Shown piece by piece: positions 10,402 to 19,806 of a DNA stretch of 64,000 nucleotides. Position numbers and translations under genes: made by a program. This stretch comes from Bdellovibrionales bacterium (lineage in GTDB: Bacteria; Bdellovibrionota; Bdellovibrionia; Bdellovibrionales; CAYMLA01). The stretch's first letter is position 1. Each line of letters starts with the position of its first letter. The notes under the pieces are model-generated. The model was not told where the DNA came from. It searched no databases and saw only the letters and a list, made by a program, of their open reading frames with translations. The DNA lies in assembly GCA_965217115.1 (NCBI GenBank), contig OZ244239.1:608001-672000 (forward strand), written 5' to 3'.

Positions 10402-11748
10402 TTGGCCTTTAATCTACTCATTGTAGATGATGATCCTCTTGTGCAACAATCCATAGATATGATTGTCAAAGACCCGTGGAAGTTCCATGGGGCCTCCTGT
10501 TTAAAATCTATTCCTTCAGGAACCACTCTTCACGCCGCCTTTGTCGATATGCACTTGAGTGATGATCTGGAACAAACGGAGGGCCTACAAGTCCTATCTG
10601 CTTTGAGAAAAACCCACCCTCATATAGAGCTTATTGCCATCTCTGGAGATCTTAATCAAAAGCTCATGGAAAACGGATTAAAATGCGGTGCTTCTAAATT
10701 TCTGGCAAAACCCCTCAGCCCAGAAGAAGTTCTTCTCACATTAGAAAAAATCGAAGCTCATTATTTGCTGCAAAACACCATTTCGCAGAATTTTCTTCAT
10801 TATAAACACTCACACGCTGTGTGGATTGGCTCCAGTGCTTCTTCGCTGAAAATTCGCCATCAAGTGTCACAACTCAAGGGAGAGACAGCGCCCATTCTTA
10901 TTCACGGAGAAACAGGAACTGGTAAAGAAGTTGTCTCACAAATGTTAGGCACTCAAGAGTCAGGACCTTTTATTCAAGTTAATATCGCCTCCTTGCCAGA
11001 GAACCTTTTTGAAAGTGAGATCTTTGGCCATATCAAGGGATCATTTACTGGTGCCAATCAAAATAAAATTGGCCTTGCCGAAGCCGCTCACAACGGAACT
11101 TTACTTCTTGATGAGATCGAAGCCCTGCCGACACATCTGCAAGTAAAACTTCTACGCTTTCTCGAATCAGGTGAAATAAAAAGAATTGGTAGCACCACTG
11201 CAATACATCTCAACGTGCGAGTGATTACCACCACCAACGAAAATTTAGACAGCAAGGTCAGTGATGGAAGCTTCCGCGAAGACCTCCTGTGGAGAATAAA
11301 AAGTCATCTCATAGAACTCCCACCATTGAGAGATAGAAAAGAAGATATCAAGGAGCTTGCCCAATATTTTCTCAAAAAAGAACGGCCCCATCGCAATAAG
11401 AGCTTCACCGAAGAAGGTATTGAGTCTCTACAAGATCACCCGTGGCCAGGGAATGTTCGCGAACTCAAGCGCGTCTGTGAACAACTCAGTCTCCACTCAC
11501 CTCTACCCATTATACGAGAAGAAGATATTAAGCATCTTTTACAACCTTCTCCTAATCATCAAGACCTTCCTAAATGGGAACAACTGGATTTCAGCAAAGG
11601 CCTTTCCCATTTAGTCAATCAATACGAAGCAAAACTGATTAGAATTACGATGCAACAAGATAAAAACATCGATAATGTCACTAAAAAATTGCAAATCTCC
11701 CGCTCTAGCCTTTATAAAAAGTTAAAGGATTATGATATTAGTAAATAA
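10402..11748 (+). CDS. Sigma-54-dependent response regulator (NtrC/AtoC family)
   Basis: Receiver domain, GETGTGKE, GSFTGA, LDEIE, WPGNVRELK, and a C-terminal Fis-type HTH (ISRSSLYKKL). Confidence 0.92.
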   Translation: MAFNLLIVDDDPLVQQSIDMIVKDPWKFHGASCLKSIPSGTTLHAAFVDMHLSDDLEQTEGLQVLSALRKTHPHIELIAISGDLNQKLMENGLKCGASKFLAKPLSPEEVLLTLEKIEAHYLLQNTISQNFLHYKHSHAVWIGSSASSLKIRHQVSQLKGETAPILIHGETGTGKEVVSQMLGTQESGPFIQVNIASLPENLFESEIFGHIKGSFTGANQNKIGLAEAAHNGTLLLDEIEALPTHLQVKLLRFLESGEIKRIGSTTAIHLNVRVITTTNENLDSKVSDGSFREDLLWRIKSHLIELPPLRDRKEDIKELAQYFLKKERPHRNKSFTEEGIESLQDHPWPGNVRELKRVCEQLSLHSPLPIIREEDIKHLLQPSPNHQDLPKWEQLDFSKGLSHLVNQYEAKLIRITMQQDKNIDNVTKKLQISRSSLYKKLKDYDISK

Positions 11749-11762
11749 CTAAGGTAATAATT

Positions 11763-12695
11763 ATGATGACTGAATTTATTTCGCAAAGCTTTTGGCAAGA
11801 CCCGCTCTACAGACAGATTTTTATCATTGCTCTCTCATCTTTATTTATTACTAGTGTCCCTGTTTATTTTTTTCGGCAAAGAAATCACTATTTAAAAATG
11901 GCTTGGTGGAGTGTCAAGAGTTGGCTCTTAGCCGCGCCTATTATGTTATTTGTTTTAGGCGCTCCTAAACCATGGCCCCTTGTTTTTCTCACTATCACTG
12001 CCATCTTTGGAACTAAAGCATTCTTTAAAATTATGGGCATCTATCACAAAACACCTTTTGTGATCACTTCTTATTTAGGTATTATTGCCCTTGCATTCGC
12101 CACTCATTTCGAGCGCACGGACCTTTATAATCTTATACCTATGGTTGTACTCGGAGTTTTATGTTTCATTCCTATTTTTCTTAATTCCTATAAAAGCATG
12201 GTTCAATATATAGCTCTGACACTCATGGCATTTATCTTTCTGGGTTGGTCCTTTATGCACTTGGGACTTATTCTTAATTTAGAGAATGGTCTTTATCAGC
12301 TACTCTATCTTATTCTTCTCACTGAATTCTGTGACAATACAAACCTGGCGATGGCACGTTATTTCTCTAAACCTAAGCGTCTTGATCAAGTCATGATTAG
12401 AAGGACCTACGGTAGCACTCTCTTTTCAGCCGTTCTCACCTTGGCATTGGCCTTTGCCATGCGACATCTTCTCCCTGTTAGTTCAGAAATCTTCTGGCTT
12501 ACGGCCGGGCTTGTCTCTTCTCTTGCTGGTAGTTTTGGGGATATTATTTTAAACGTTGTTCGACGTGACATTGGTATCAAAGTCGTTGGAGCCTTTGTTC
12601 TCGGTCGAGGAGATTTTTTAAGCCGCATTGACCGTCTTATTTTCGTTGCACCTATTTATTATTATCTCATGATCTATCTCCATAAAATAATTTAA
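11763..12695 (+). CDS. Phosphatidate cytidylyltransferase (CdsA/YnbB-like)
   Basis: Polytopic membrane protein with GDIILNVVRRDIGIK and GRGDFLSRIDRL (divergent from the CdsA signature). Confidence 0.75.
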   Translation: MMTEFISQSFWQDPLYRQIFIIALSSLFITSVPVYFFRQRNHYLKMAWWSVKSWLLAAPIMLFVLGAPKPWPLVFLTITAIFGTKAFFKIMGIYHKTPFVITSYLGIIALAFATHFERTDLYNLIPMVVLGVLCFIPIFLNSYKSMVQYIALTLMAFIFLGWSFMHLGLILNLENGLYQLLYLILLTEFCDNTNLAMARYFSKPKRLDQVMIRRTYGSTLFSAVLTLALAFAMRHLLPVSSEIFWLTAGLVSSLAGSFGDIILNVVRRDIGIKVVGAFVLGRGDFLSRIDRLIFVAPIYYYLMIYLHKII

Positions 12696-12722
12696 AGGAC
12701 TTACTTTAGAAGGACTCTAGTT

Positions 12723-13445
12723 GTGAAGAAATGGAATTATGACAATGATCAGTGGACCAAACTGCCCTCTCATCTGAAACACCTACCTTTGTTCACACGA
12801 CATATTGACCTGATGAGTATCTTTATACGCATGTGCTGGGCCTTTCTCTTGAGAGGAATTATTTTCCGTTATTTTATTCGTTTAAAAGTAATTGGTCATT
12901 ACAAAGATATATACAAATCCCATCCCCGTCTTCTTGTTATCTCTAACCATTCAAGCCATTTGGATGCGGCGGCAATCACTGCTTCTATGCCTATGAGCTA
13001 TTGGTTACATCTTTACATTGCTGCAGCTAAGGATTATTTTTTCTCTAATTTTCTTTTTACTTTTTTTTCAGCCCATTGCCTTGGGGCTATCCCCATAGAT
13101 CGTAAAGATAAAAAAGGCGAGGCAATCAAATTATGCACCTCTCTACTCAAAGACCTTGATCGTATTTGGCTTATTATTTTTCCTGAAGGAACTCGCTCAA
13201 AAGATGGTTACATCCATGATTTTAAAAAAGGTCTCTCTCTCTTCTCCAGAACAACAAACACGCCTATTTTGTTCTTGTATCTAGACGAAGCTCATAAACT
13301 TTTCCCTAAAGGACAAAGATTACCCAAACCAGGAAAACTCTCTATCCACGTAGGCCCTGTCTGTCCTCCTGGTGATATCGAAGGGATCCAGAAAGCCTAC
13401 AAGGATTGGGTCGCCACTATTAATCCACAGGCCTACAAAGAATAG
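12723..13445 (+). CDS. Lysophospholipid acyltransferase (PlsC family)
   Basis: NHSSHLD, AAKDYF, FPEGTRS. Confidence 0.92.
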   Translation: MKKWNYDNDQWTKLPSHLKHLPLFTRHIDLMSIFIRMCWAFLLRGIIFRYFIRLKVIGHYKDIYKSHPRLLVISNHSSHLDAAAITASMPMSYWLHLYIAAAKDYFFSNFLFTFFSAHCLGAIPIDRKDKKGEAIKLCTSLLKDLDRIWLIIFPEGTRSKDGYIHDFKKGLSLFSRTTNTPILFLYLDEAHKLFPKGQRLPKPGKLSIHVGPVCPPGDIEGIQKAYKDWVATINPQAYKE

Positions 13446-13566
13446 TCTCTCTTATCTCAATGGAGTACCTACATACTCAGTTCTGCTTAAAAGCTTCCAT
13501 TTAAAGAGATAATTCAATAAACCTTACTGACAGCAGAGTTGTATCTGTGGTAGTTTCTGCGACGAT

Positions 13567-15381
13567 ATGGACGGAAAAATCATTCCTAATAATTTTGTCA
13601 TTGATATAGCTACTACCAACGGAAGTGGTAGCCAATCGTCGAATAATATTCTTGTGAAAAGTCTCTTTCGTATGGGTCTGCCAGTGGGAGGGAAGAATCT
13701 ATTTCCTTCTAATATCCAAGGGCTTCCCACTTGGTTCACCATCAGAGTCAGTGACAAAGGGTACACTGGCCACTCTCTAGCCATTGATATGAAAATAGCT
13801 ATGAATGCCACCACCATTTACAAAGACATTCAAACCGTTAAACCCAAGGGGGTTTTTCTTTACAACAAAGACCTGAAGTTCGACGATAGCCAACTCAGAG
13901 ATGACACCATCAATATTGGTCTGCCCTTCCGAAAAATCGTCTCAGATGTCACAAAATCCATTCAACTTAAGAAGCTACTGACAAATATGGTTTATGTAGG
14001 AGCCTTAGGACAACTGCTCAAAATGGATTTAGATATTCTATGCAAAACTGTTTCCGATCAATTCGCTGGTAAGACCGATGTGATTAAAATCAATATCAAT
14101 GCACTCAAGGCTGGTTGGGATTACACCAAAAATCATGTTACCTTTGACATTCCCTACAAAATTACGCCTCTAAAGAACACTCAATTAAATGCAGGGAAAA
14201 TTCTTATCGATGGCAACACGGCGGCTGGATTGGGACTGACCTATGCTGGTTGTACTTTTGCCGCTTGGTATCCTATCACCCCGAGCAGTTCTCTGATGGA
14301 AAGTTTTTCCAATTATGCAAGTGACCTGCGCTTAGACAGTGAAGGTAAAAAGAACTTTGCTATTGTTCAAGCTGAAGACGAACTGGCTTCCATCGCTATG
14401 GTCGCAGGGGCTGGTTGGGCTGGAGCCAGAGCCGTGACGGCGACATCTGGTCCTGGATTAAGTTTGATGGCTGAGACAGCGGGGCTCTGCTATTTTGCCG
14501 AGATTCCCGCAGTGATATGGGATGTGCAACGGGCTGGCCCATCCACAGGACTGCCTACGCGAACAATGCAATGTGATGTTTCTTCGGCCGTAACACTCTC
14601 CCATGGAGACACCAAACATCCTGTCATTATTCCTGGAACTCCCACTGAATGTTTTGAATTTGCTCAAACAAGCCTTGATTTAGCTGAAAGACTACAAACT
14701 CTTATCATCGTTCTCTCCGATCTCGATTTAGGAATGAATTTACATATCACCCATGATTTTGATTTTCCTAAAAATCCAATGGATCGAGGAAAGGTTTTAA
14801 AAAAAGAAGATTTAGATAATATGACTGAGTTTGCACGTTACCGCGATCTTGACGGAGACGGTATAGCTCACCGAACACTCCCTGGGACTGAGAATGATCT
14901 TGCTGCCTATTTCACCCGTGGAACAGGACATGATGAATTCAGTAAATACACCGAAGACAGCACAATCTTTCAAAACACTCTAGACCGCTTGGCTCTTAAA
15001 TGGCAGACAGCCAAAAGCATTATGCCTAAGCCTGTGATTGACGACGAAGAAAATGAAGTTGGTCTTATTGCCTATGGATCTTCTGGCTCTGTTATGACAG
15101 AAACACGGGATCTCTTAAAACAAAATAACAACCTGTCTACGGACTACCTAAGATTGCGAGCCATTCCATTTAGCAATGAAGTCCATGAGTTTATCAAATC
15201 ACACAAAACTCTCATTGTTATCGATCAAAATCGTAACGGTCAAATGCGTAACCTCCTACAACTCGCCTACCCTGATTCTGCGAATAAACTTTTGTCTATT
15301 TGTCACTATGATGGCTTAATGCTAGATGCTGATTTTCTTGTTCACAACATCTCACTTATTAATCAGAAATTAGAGGTTTAG
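13567..15381 (+). CDS. 2-oxoacid:ferredoxin oxidoreductase, alpha subunit (gamma-alpha fusion)
   Basis: WYPITPSS, QAEDELA, ATSGPG, QRAGPSTGLPT. Confidence 0.93.
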   Translation: MDGKIIPNNFVIDIATTNGSGSQSSNNILVKSLFRMGLPVGGKNLFPSNIQGLPTWFTIRVSDKGYTGHSLAIDMKIAMNATTIYKDIQTVKPKGVFLYNKDLKFDDSQLRDDTINIGLPFRKIVSDVTKSIQLKKLLTNMVYVGALGQLLKMDLDILCKTVSDQFAGKTDVIKININALKAGWDYTKNHVTFDIPYKITPLKNTQLNAGKILIDGNTAAGLGLTYAGCTFAAWYPITPSSSLMESFSNYASDLRLDSEGKKNFAIVQAEDELASIAMVAGAGWAGARAVTATSGPGLSLMAETAGLCYFAEIPAVIWDVQRAGPSTGLPTRTMQCDVSSAVTLSHGDTKHPVIIPGTPTECFEFAQTSLDLAERLQTLIIVLSDLDLGMNLHITHDFDFPKNPMDRGKVLKKEDLDNMTEFARYRDLDGDGIAHRTLPGTENDLAAYFTRGTGHDEFSKYTEDSTIFQNTLDRLALKWQTAKSIMPKPVIDDEENEVGLIAYGSSGSVMTETRDLLKQNNNLSTDYLRLRAIPFSNEVHEFIKSHKTLIVIDQNRNGQMRNLLQLAYPDSANKLLSICHYDGLMLDADFLVHNISLINQKLEV

Positions 15382-15385
15382 AAAA

Positions 15386-16399
15386 ATGACGACGTCGGGT
15401 TATACTAAGGAAGATTATAAAGGTGGTAAGTCAACTCTTTGTACTGGCTGTGGACATGACAGTATTACCACGCAGATTATTAATGCTTATTCTAAATCAG
15501 ATATTAATCCTTATATGGTTGCAAAAGTCTCAGGAATTGGTTGTTCCTCTAAAACTCCCGCTTATTTTCTAAAAAAATCCCATGGCTTTAACTCTCTCCA
15601 TGGACGTATGGCCCCTGTTGCTACAGGTGCCAAACTCGCCAATCATCAGCTTCAGATACTTGGAATCTCTGGAGATGGAGACACGGCCAGTATTGGCGTG
15701 GGCGGCTTTACTCATATCATACGCCGTAATCTACCTATGGTTTATATTATTGAAAATAACGGGGTTTATGGTCTTACAAAAGGACAATTCTCTGCCACTG
15801 CTGATAAATCTTCCACGCTGAAAGCAGGAGACTTAAATCCATTTGCAAATATTGATCTATGCACGTTAGCACTTAATCTTGGAGCCACTTTTGTTGGACG
15901 ATCTTTTTCGGGTGACTCCAAGCAACTTGTTCCCATGATTCAAGCGGCAATTGCCCATAAAGGAACGGCCATTCTTGATATCATTTCGCCTTGCGTGACT
16001 TTCAACAATCACAAAGGCAGCACCAAAAGCTACGACTTCATCAAAGAGACCACAACAGCCTTTCAACAACTGGGATTTGTACCCTCCTTTGAAGAAAAAT
16101 CTGTGGATTACAAAGAAGGCTCCACTCAAGAAGTGGAAATGCACGATGGTTCTACACTCACTCTACGCAAGCTGATGACAGAAGAACTTGATCTACAAAA
16201 ACCGTTGTCAGCCCTCAAATTGATTGAACAATATAAATCTCAGGGACAGATCCTCACCGGAGTATTTCATATCAATACAAATAAGAAAGATCTTATCGCT
16301 ATTTTTGATTTAACGAACAGGCCTTTAGTTAGTCTTGAACAAAAGGATTTACAGCCTACCGAAGAGAGTTTGCAAAAAATTTTGACAGTTTTCCGTTAA
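15386..16399 (+). CDS. 2-oxoacid:ferredoxin oxidoreductase, beta subunit
   Basis: CTGCG, GIGCSS, TPP-binding GDGD...ENNGVYGLTKGQ, SPCVTFN. Confidence 0.93.
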   Translation: MTTSGYTKEDYKGGKSTLCTGCGHDSITTQIINAYSKSDINPYMVAKVSGIGCSSKTPAYFLKKSHGFNSLHGRMAPVATGAKLANHQLQILGISGDGDTASIGVGGFTHIIRRNLPMVYIIENNGVYGLTKGQFSATADKSSTLKAGDLNPFANIDLCTLALNLGATFVGRSFSGDSKQLVPMIQAAIAHKGTAILDIISPCVTFNNHKGSTKSYDFIKETTTAFQQLGFVPSFEEKSVDYKEGSTQEVEMHDGSTLTLRKLMTEELDLQKPLSALKLIEQYKSQGQILTGVFHINTNKKDLIAIFDLTNRPLVSLEQKDLQPTEESLQKILTVFR

Positions 16400-16645
16400 T
16401 TCCAATAGAATAATATTGCTTTATAATCAAAAGCTAATAGCGTCTCTTTTCCCTCGGCGGTGCAACTCTTTTAGCAAAAGAATTCTAGCCGTTGGTCTAG
16501 CTTGAAAACTTTGATATTCTTAAAAAAATCGCTTACTCTTTATACAGAGAAATGGGTTGGTCGGTTTTTGTAAGTTCTAACTCTCTCTCTCACATAGGAG
16601 TTGAGTTATTTTCGCAAGTTAGACGTATCTTAAAAAAGGAAAAAC

Positions 16646-16660
16646 TGGCCCATATCTTGC
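16646..16660 (+). promoter_or_regulatory. Putative sigma-54 (-24/-12) promoter
   Basis: TGGCCCATATCTTGC has exact GG-N10-GC spacing, ~80 bp upstream of the VWA gene; AGGAGG RBS at 16727-16732. Confidence 0.55.
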
Positions 16661-16740
16661 CTTAGTTATAAGATTGAAAGCCGTATACTGAGTACAAATT
16701 CAAATTGGAAAATTATTTAACCTTTTAGGAGGAAAACACA

Positions 16741-17796
16741 ATGAAACAGACCAACTATTACCTTTTTGCCTTTTCTATCATTTTTGTGGCTGTACTTTCT
16801 GGCTGTGGCGCTAAGTTTAAATTTGACGGCATCCCAAATAAGAAAAAACCTGATCCTATAAAAAAAATCACTGAATCCGTTCAAGTCACTTCCACTCAGA
16901 AGGTTGTTGATATTTTAGTTATTACTGACGACTCTTTTTCTATGGAGTCGGAGCAAGAGAGACTGTCTGAACGTTTTTCAAGTTTTATTCAAGATCTCTC
17001 TGCAGTTGATTGGCAAATGGGTATCACAACGACTGATATCGACAGTGGTGGCCTTCAGGGAGAACTCTCTAATTTTTCTGATACTTCCCTTAAAATAATT
17101 AATGCCGCCACACCTAATGCTGAGCAACTATTTAAAGATACCGTACAGAGAGAAGAATTTGGAAGTTCTGATGAGCAACCCTTGGCTGCAGCTATAAAAG
17201 CTATGGAGAAGAGAGATTCTGTGAACCAAGGATTCTTTCGCGATGATGCTAATTTAGCTATTGTGGTGCTCACTGATGAAGACGAACTGAGTGATGGCCC
17301 TAGGGGAGCAACACAACCCCAGGCTGTTATTGATAAATTCTCTAGCATCTGGGGAGGAGCCGAAAAACAGTTAAGAGTTTATGGGCTTATTATAGAGCCT
17401 GGTGATACAGCTTGTTATGACTATCAAAATGAACACGGCGGATGGGGCGCTACTTCCTATGGAACTTTTGTCGCCAACTTGGCTAGCGCAACTGGTGGCC
17501 TAACGGGAAGTATCTGCCAATCTGATTATAGTTCGACATTACAGACCATAGGACAAAATATCGACGAATTATTTAGAAGCTACACTCTGTCTGATACTCC
17601 GAAACCTGGGTCTCTAGAAATAAGAATGATTCCTAGACGGAATATCCCATGGACTATTTCAGATAAACTCGTCACATTTGACTCAGTCGTCCCAGCAGGA
17701 ACAGAAATTCGGTTTACCTACGAGAAAAAATTGACTGATCCTGACACTGATCCTGACAATGATCCTACTCCCGACGACGATGACGACGATAATTAG
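16741..17796 (+). CDS. VWA-domain lipoprotein with Asp/Pro-rich acidic tail
   Basis: Lipobox VLSGC, MIDAS-like DILVITDDSFS, VLTDEDE, and C-terminal TDPDTDPDNDPTPDDDDDDN. Confidence 0.8.
   Translation: MKQTNYYLFAFSIIFVAVLSGCGAKFKFDGIPNKKKPDPIKKITESVQVTSTQKVVDILVITDDSFSMESEQERLSERFSSFIQDLSAVDWQMGITTTDIDSGGLQGELSNFSDTSLKIINAATPNAEQLFKDTVQREEFGSSDEQPLAAAIKAMEKRDSVNQGFFRDDANLAIVVLTDEDELSDGPRGATQPQAVIDKFSSIWGGAEKQLRVYGLIIEPGDTACYDYQNEHGGWGATSYGTFVANLASATGGLTGSICQSDYSSTLQTIGQNIDELFRSYTLSDTPKPGSLEIRMIPRRNIPWTISDKLVTFDSVVPAGTEIRFTYEKKLTDPDTDPDNDPTPDDDDDDN
17734..17766 (+). repeat. In-frame 12-bp tandem repeat encoding TDPD
   Basis: ACTGATCCTGAC twice, followed by AATGATCCT. Confidence 0.8.
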
Positions 17797-17863
17797 GCCT
17801 CTTTTCGCCAACTAGGGATTTCCCATTGAAATCCCGCTCTTTTCTGATAAGAATAGCGTGCAT

Positions 17864-17940
17864 GGTGGTGTAGCTCAGCTGGATAGAGCAACAGCCTTCT
17901 AAGCTGTAGGTCGAAGGTTCGAATCCTTCCACCATCACCA
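17864..17940 (+). tRNA. tRNA-Arg (anticodon TCT)
   Basis: Acceptor GGTGGTG/CACCATC, anticodon arm ACAGC-CTTCTAA-GCTGT, T arm GAAGG-TTCGAAT-CCTTC, encoded CCA. Confidence 0.97.
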
Positions 17941-17992
17941 TCACCGCTCCTGGCGATAAATCGTATAATGGATGAATACAGAGGGTTTTAAA

Positions 17993-18523
17993 ATGATTCG
18001 TATCGAACAAATACATCATGTTGCCTACAGGTGTAGAGACGCCAAAGAGACTGTCGAGTTTTACCGAAAACACCTTAATATGGACTTACTGGTTTGTATT
18101 GCCGAAGACGAAGTCCCCTCTACCAAAGAGCCAAATCCTTATATGCATGTTTTTTTAGATGCTGGTAAAGGTAATATCCTCGCTTTTTTTGAAATTACTG
18201 GTGAAAAAGATATGAGCCGAGATCTTAATACACCTAAGTGGGTTCAACACATTGCTTTTCAAGTCGCCGACCAAAAAGCTCTTATAGAAGCCAAAAAAGA
18301 GCTCGAACAAAAAAATCTCGATATCCTCGGTATCACTGAACATGGCATCATTGAGTCTATCTATTTTTTTGACCCTAACGGACACCGTATCGAATTGACT
18401 TGTGTTACTGGTACACCTGAACAGATGGGAAAATTAAAAGATGCCGCCCCCGAAATGTTAGAGGAGTGGAGTAAAACTAAGACGCCCCCACGGCAAGCTT
18501 CATGGCTACATGAAAAAAAATGA
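17993..18523 (+). CDS. VOC (glyoxalase) family protein
   Basis: IHHVAYRC, HIAF and SIYFFDPNGHRIE; ATG at 17993 preferred (ORF opens at 17972). Confidence 0.88.
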   Translation: MIRIEQIHHVAYRCRDAKETVEFYRKHLNMDLLVCIAEDEVPSTKEPNPYMHVFLDAGKGNILAFFEITGEKDMSRDLNTPKWVQHIAFQVADQKALIEAKKELEQKNLDILGITEHGIIESIYFFDPNGHRIELTCVTGTPEQMGKLKDAAPEMLEEWSKTKTPPRQASWLHEKK

Positions 18524-18540
18524 TGGAAAGAATATCCCTC

Positions 18541-19806
18541 TCAAGGGAGATTCCCCCCTTTTTCTGTCAAAAATTTCAGCGTCAATTTTTTTCCAATATC
18601 GACACCTGGCTGATCAAAAGCATTGATTTGATAGAATTCTCCTAAAGTTCCTACTATCATTTCAAATAAAACAAACATTTGTCCAAGATGAAATTCATCG
18701 ATCTTATCCACAACTAGCTCCAAGCAGGAGACTCCCACTTGCTCCATACCTTGACGGGTAGCAATCGCTTCAGAAGAAAATAACTCAGATAACGAGCGGC
18801 CTTTAAGAAAATCTTGCCCTGAAAATAGGTTTTTCTGCAAAGACAACTCTATTTCCTCCACATCTTTAAATCTTAAGAACCAAACAAACTTGTCCTTTTG
18901 CCCCTCCATCACCTGTTGCAATAGTGAGTGCTGATCACTCGTTCCAATACAAGAAAGTGGTGTGCTGACCTTAGGCCCTTCCTCTCCAGAGCTTGTTATC
19001 TTCTTAGCTAAAGATTCGGCCCATAGTTGCTCCAACCAAGCTCCAAACTCTTTCATGTATCGACTGTAAAACCAAAACATCGTTACAAATTCTTTTCTTG
19101 AAAAACTAGTGACCGTCTGCGCGACAAGCTCCTCTATCAAACCTCTATAAGTTTTTAGAACTTGTGGAATGGATTGACGAAAACTTTCAACCTCTAGACC
19201 CAAGAACGCAGCAGGAAACATTCCTACAGGCGTTAACACAGAAAATCTTCCCCCTACATTTTCAGAAATTTCTAATCTAGGGACGTCATTCTCATTAGCC
19301 CATTGATTCAAAGGATTTAATTTTTCTTCAGAAATCACAATGGCTTTTTTAGCTAAATCAATGCCTTTTTTCAGTAATTCTTGGGATACAAAGTTTGTAA
19401 GTGCTAAGGTCTCTAAAGTCCTACCGCTTTTAGAAATTAAGACCCAGCCCGTTCGCGACCAATCGATTTCTTTTGACATCAATTCTAAAAAAACGATGGG
19501 ATCTACATTATCTAAAAAATAAAGCCTTTTATGCCGTCGAAAATCCTTCAACTGCCTTTTAACTCCAAGCATCTCATCAATTACACGAACCCCTAAAGAG
19601 CTTCCTCCAATACCCACAATAACCAATTGATCATATTTCTCCCGAAACTCTTTTCCCCTCTCAGTACTTTCTCTCCAAAATTTCCCTTTCTCATGCAGGC
19701 GAAAAAAATCCACATCTTCACGTTGTAAAAGCTGATCGTAGGCCAAATTGACCTGTTTCCTTAAATTTTCACCGATAGAGGTATTATTAGATTTGAAATG
19801 AATCAT
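18541..19806 (-). CDS. pgi: Glucose-6-phosphate isomerase (short type)
   Basis: GIGGSSLG, SKSGRTLET, VGGRFSVL, QLWAES, FDQPGV. Confidence 0.9.
   Translation of the reverse strand: MIHFKSNNTSIGENLRKQVNLAYDQLLQREDVDFFRLHEKGKFWRESTERGKEFREKYDQLVIVGIGGSSLGVRVIDEMLGVKRQLKDFRRHKRLYFLDNVDPIVFLELMSKEIDWSRTGWVLISKSGRTLETLALTNFVSQELLKKGIDLAKKAIVISEEKLNPLNQWANENDVPRLEISENVGGRFSVLTPVGMFPAAFLGLEVESFRQSIPQVLKTYRGLIEELVAQTVTSFSRKEFVTMFWFYSRYMKEFGAWLEQLWAESLAKKITSSGEEGPKVSTPLSCIGTSDQHSLLQQVMEGQKDKFVWFLRFKDVEEIELSLQKNLFSGQDFLKGRSLSELFSSEAIATRQGMEQVGVSCLELVVDKIDEFHLGQMFVLFEMIVGTLGEFYQINAFDQPGVDIGKKLTLKFLTEKGGNLP

Noticed and set aside
11035..11055. GSFTGA instead of GAFTGA as a sigma54-independent activator
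   Set aside because: GSFTGA is a common functional variant
16440..16620. Possible riboswitch upstream of the VWA gene
   Set aside because: Only weak hairpins; no riboswitch consensus recognised
17864..17945. tRNA as a prophage or island attachment site
   Set aside because: No integrase and no duplicated tRNA 3' end noticed; the CACCAT echo is too short
17765..18073. 102-aa minus-strand ORF
   Set aside because: It is the antisense shadow of the tRNA and the VOC gene
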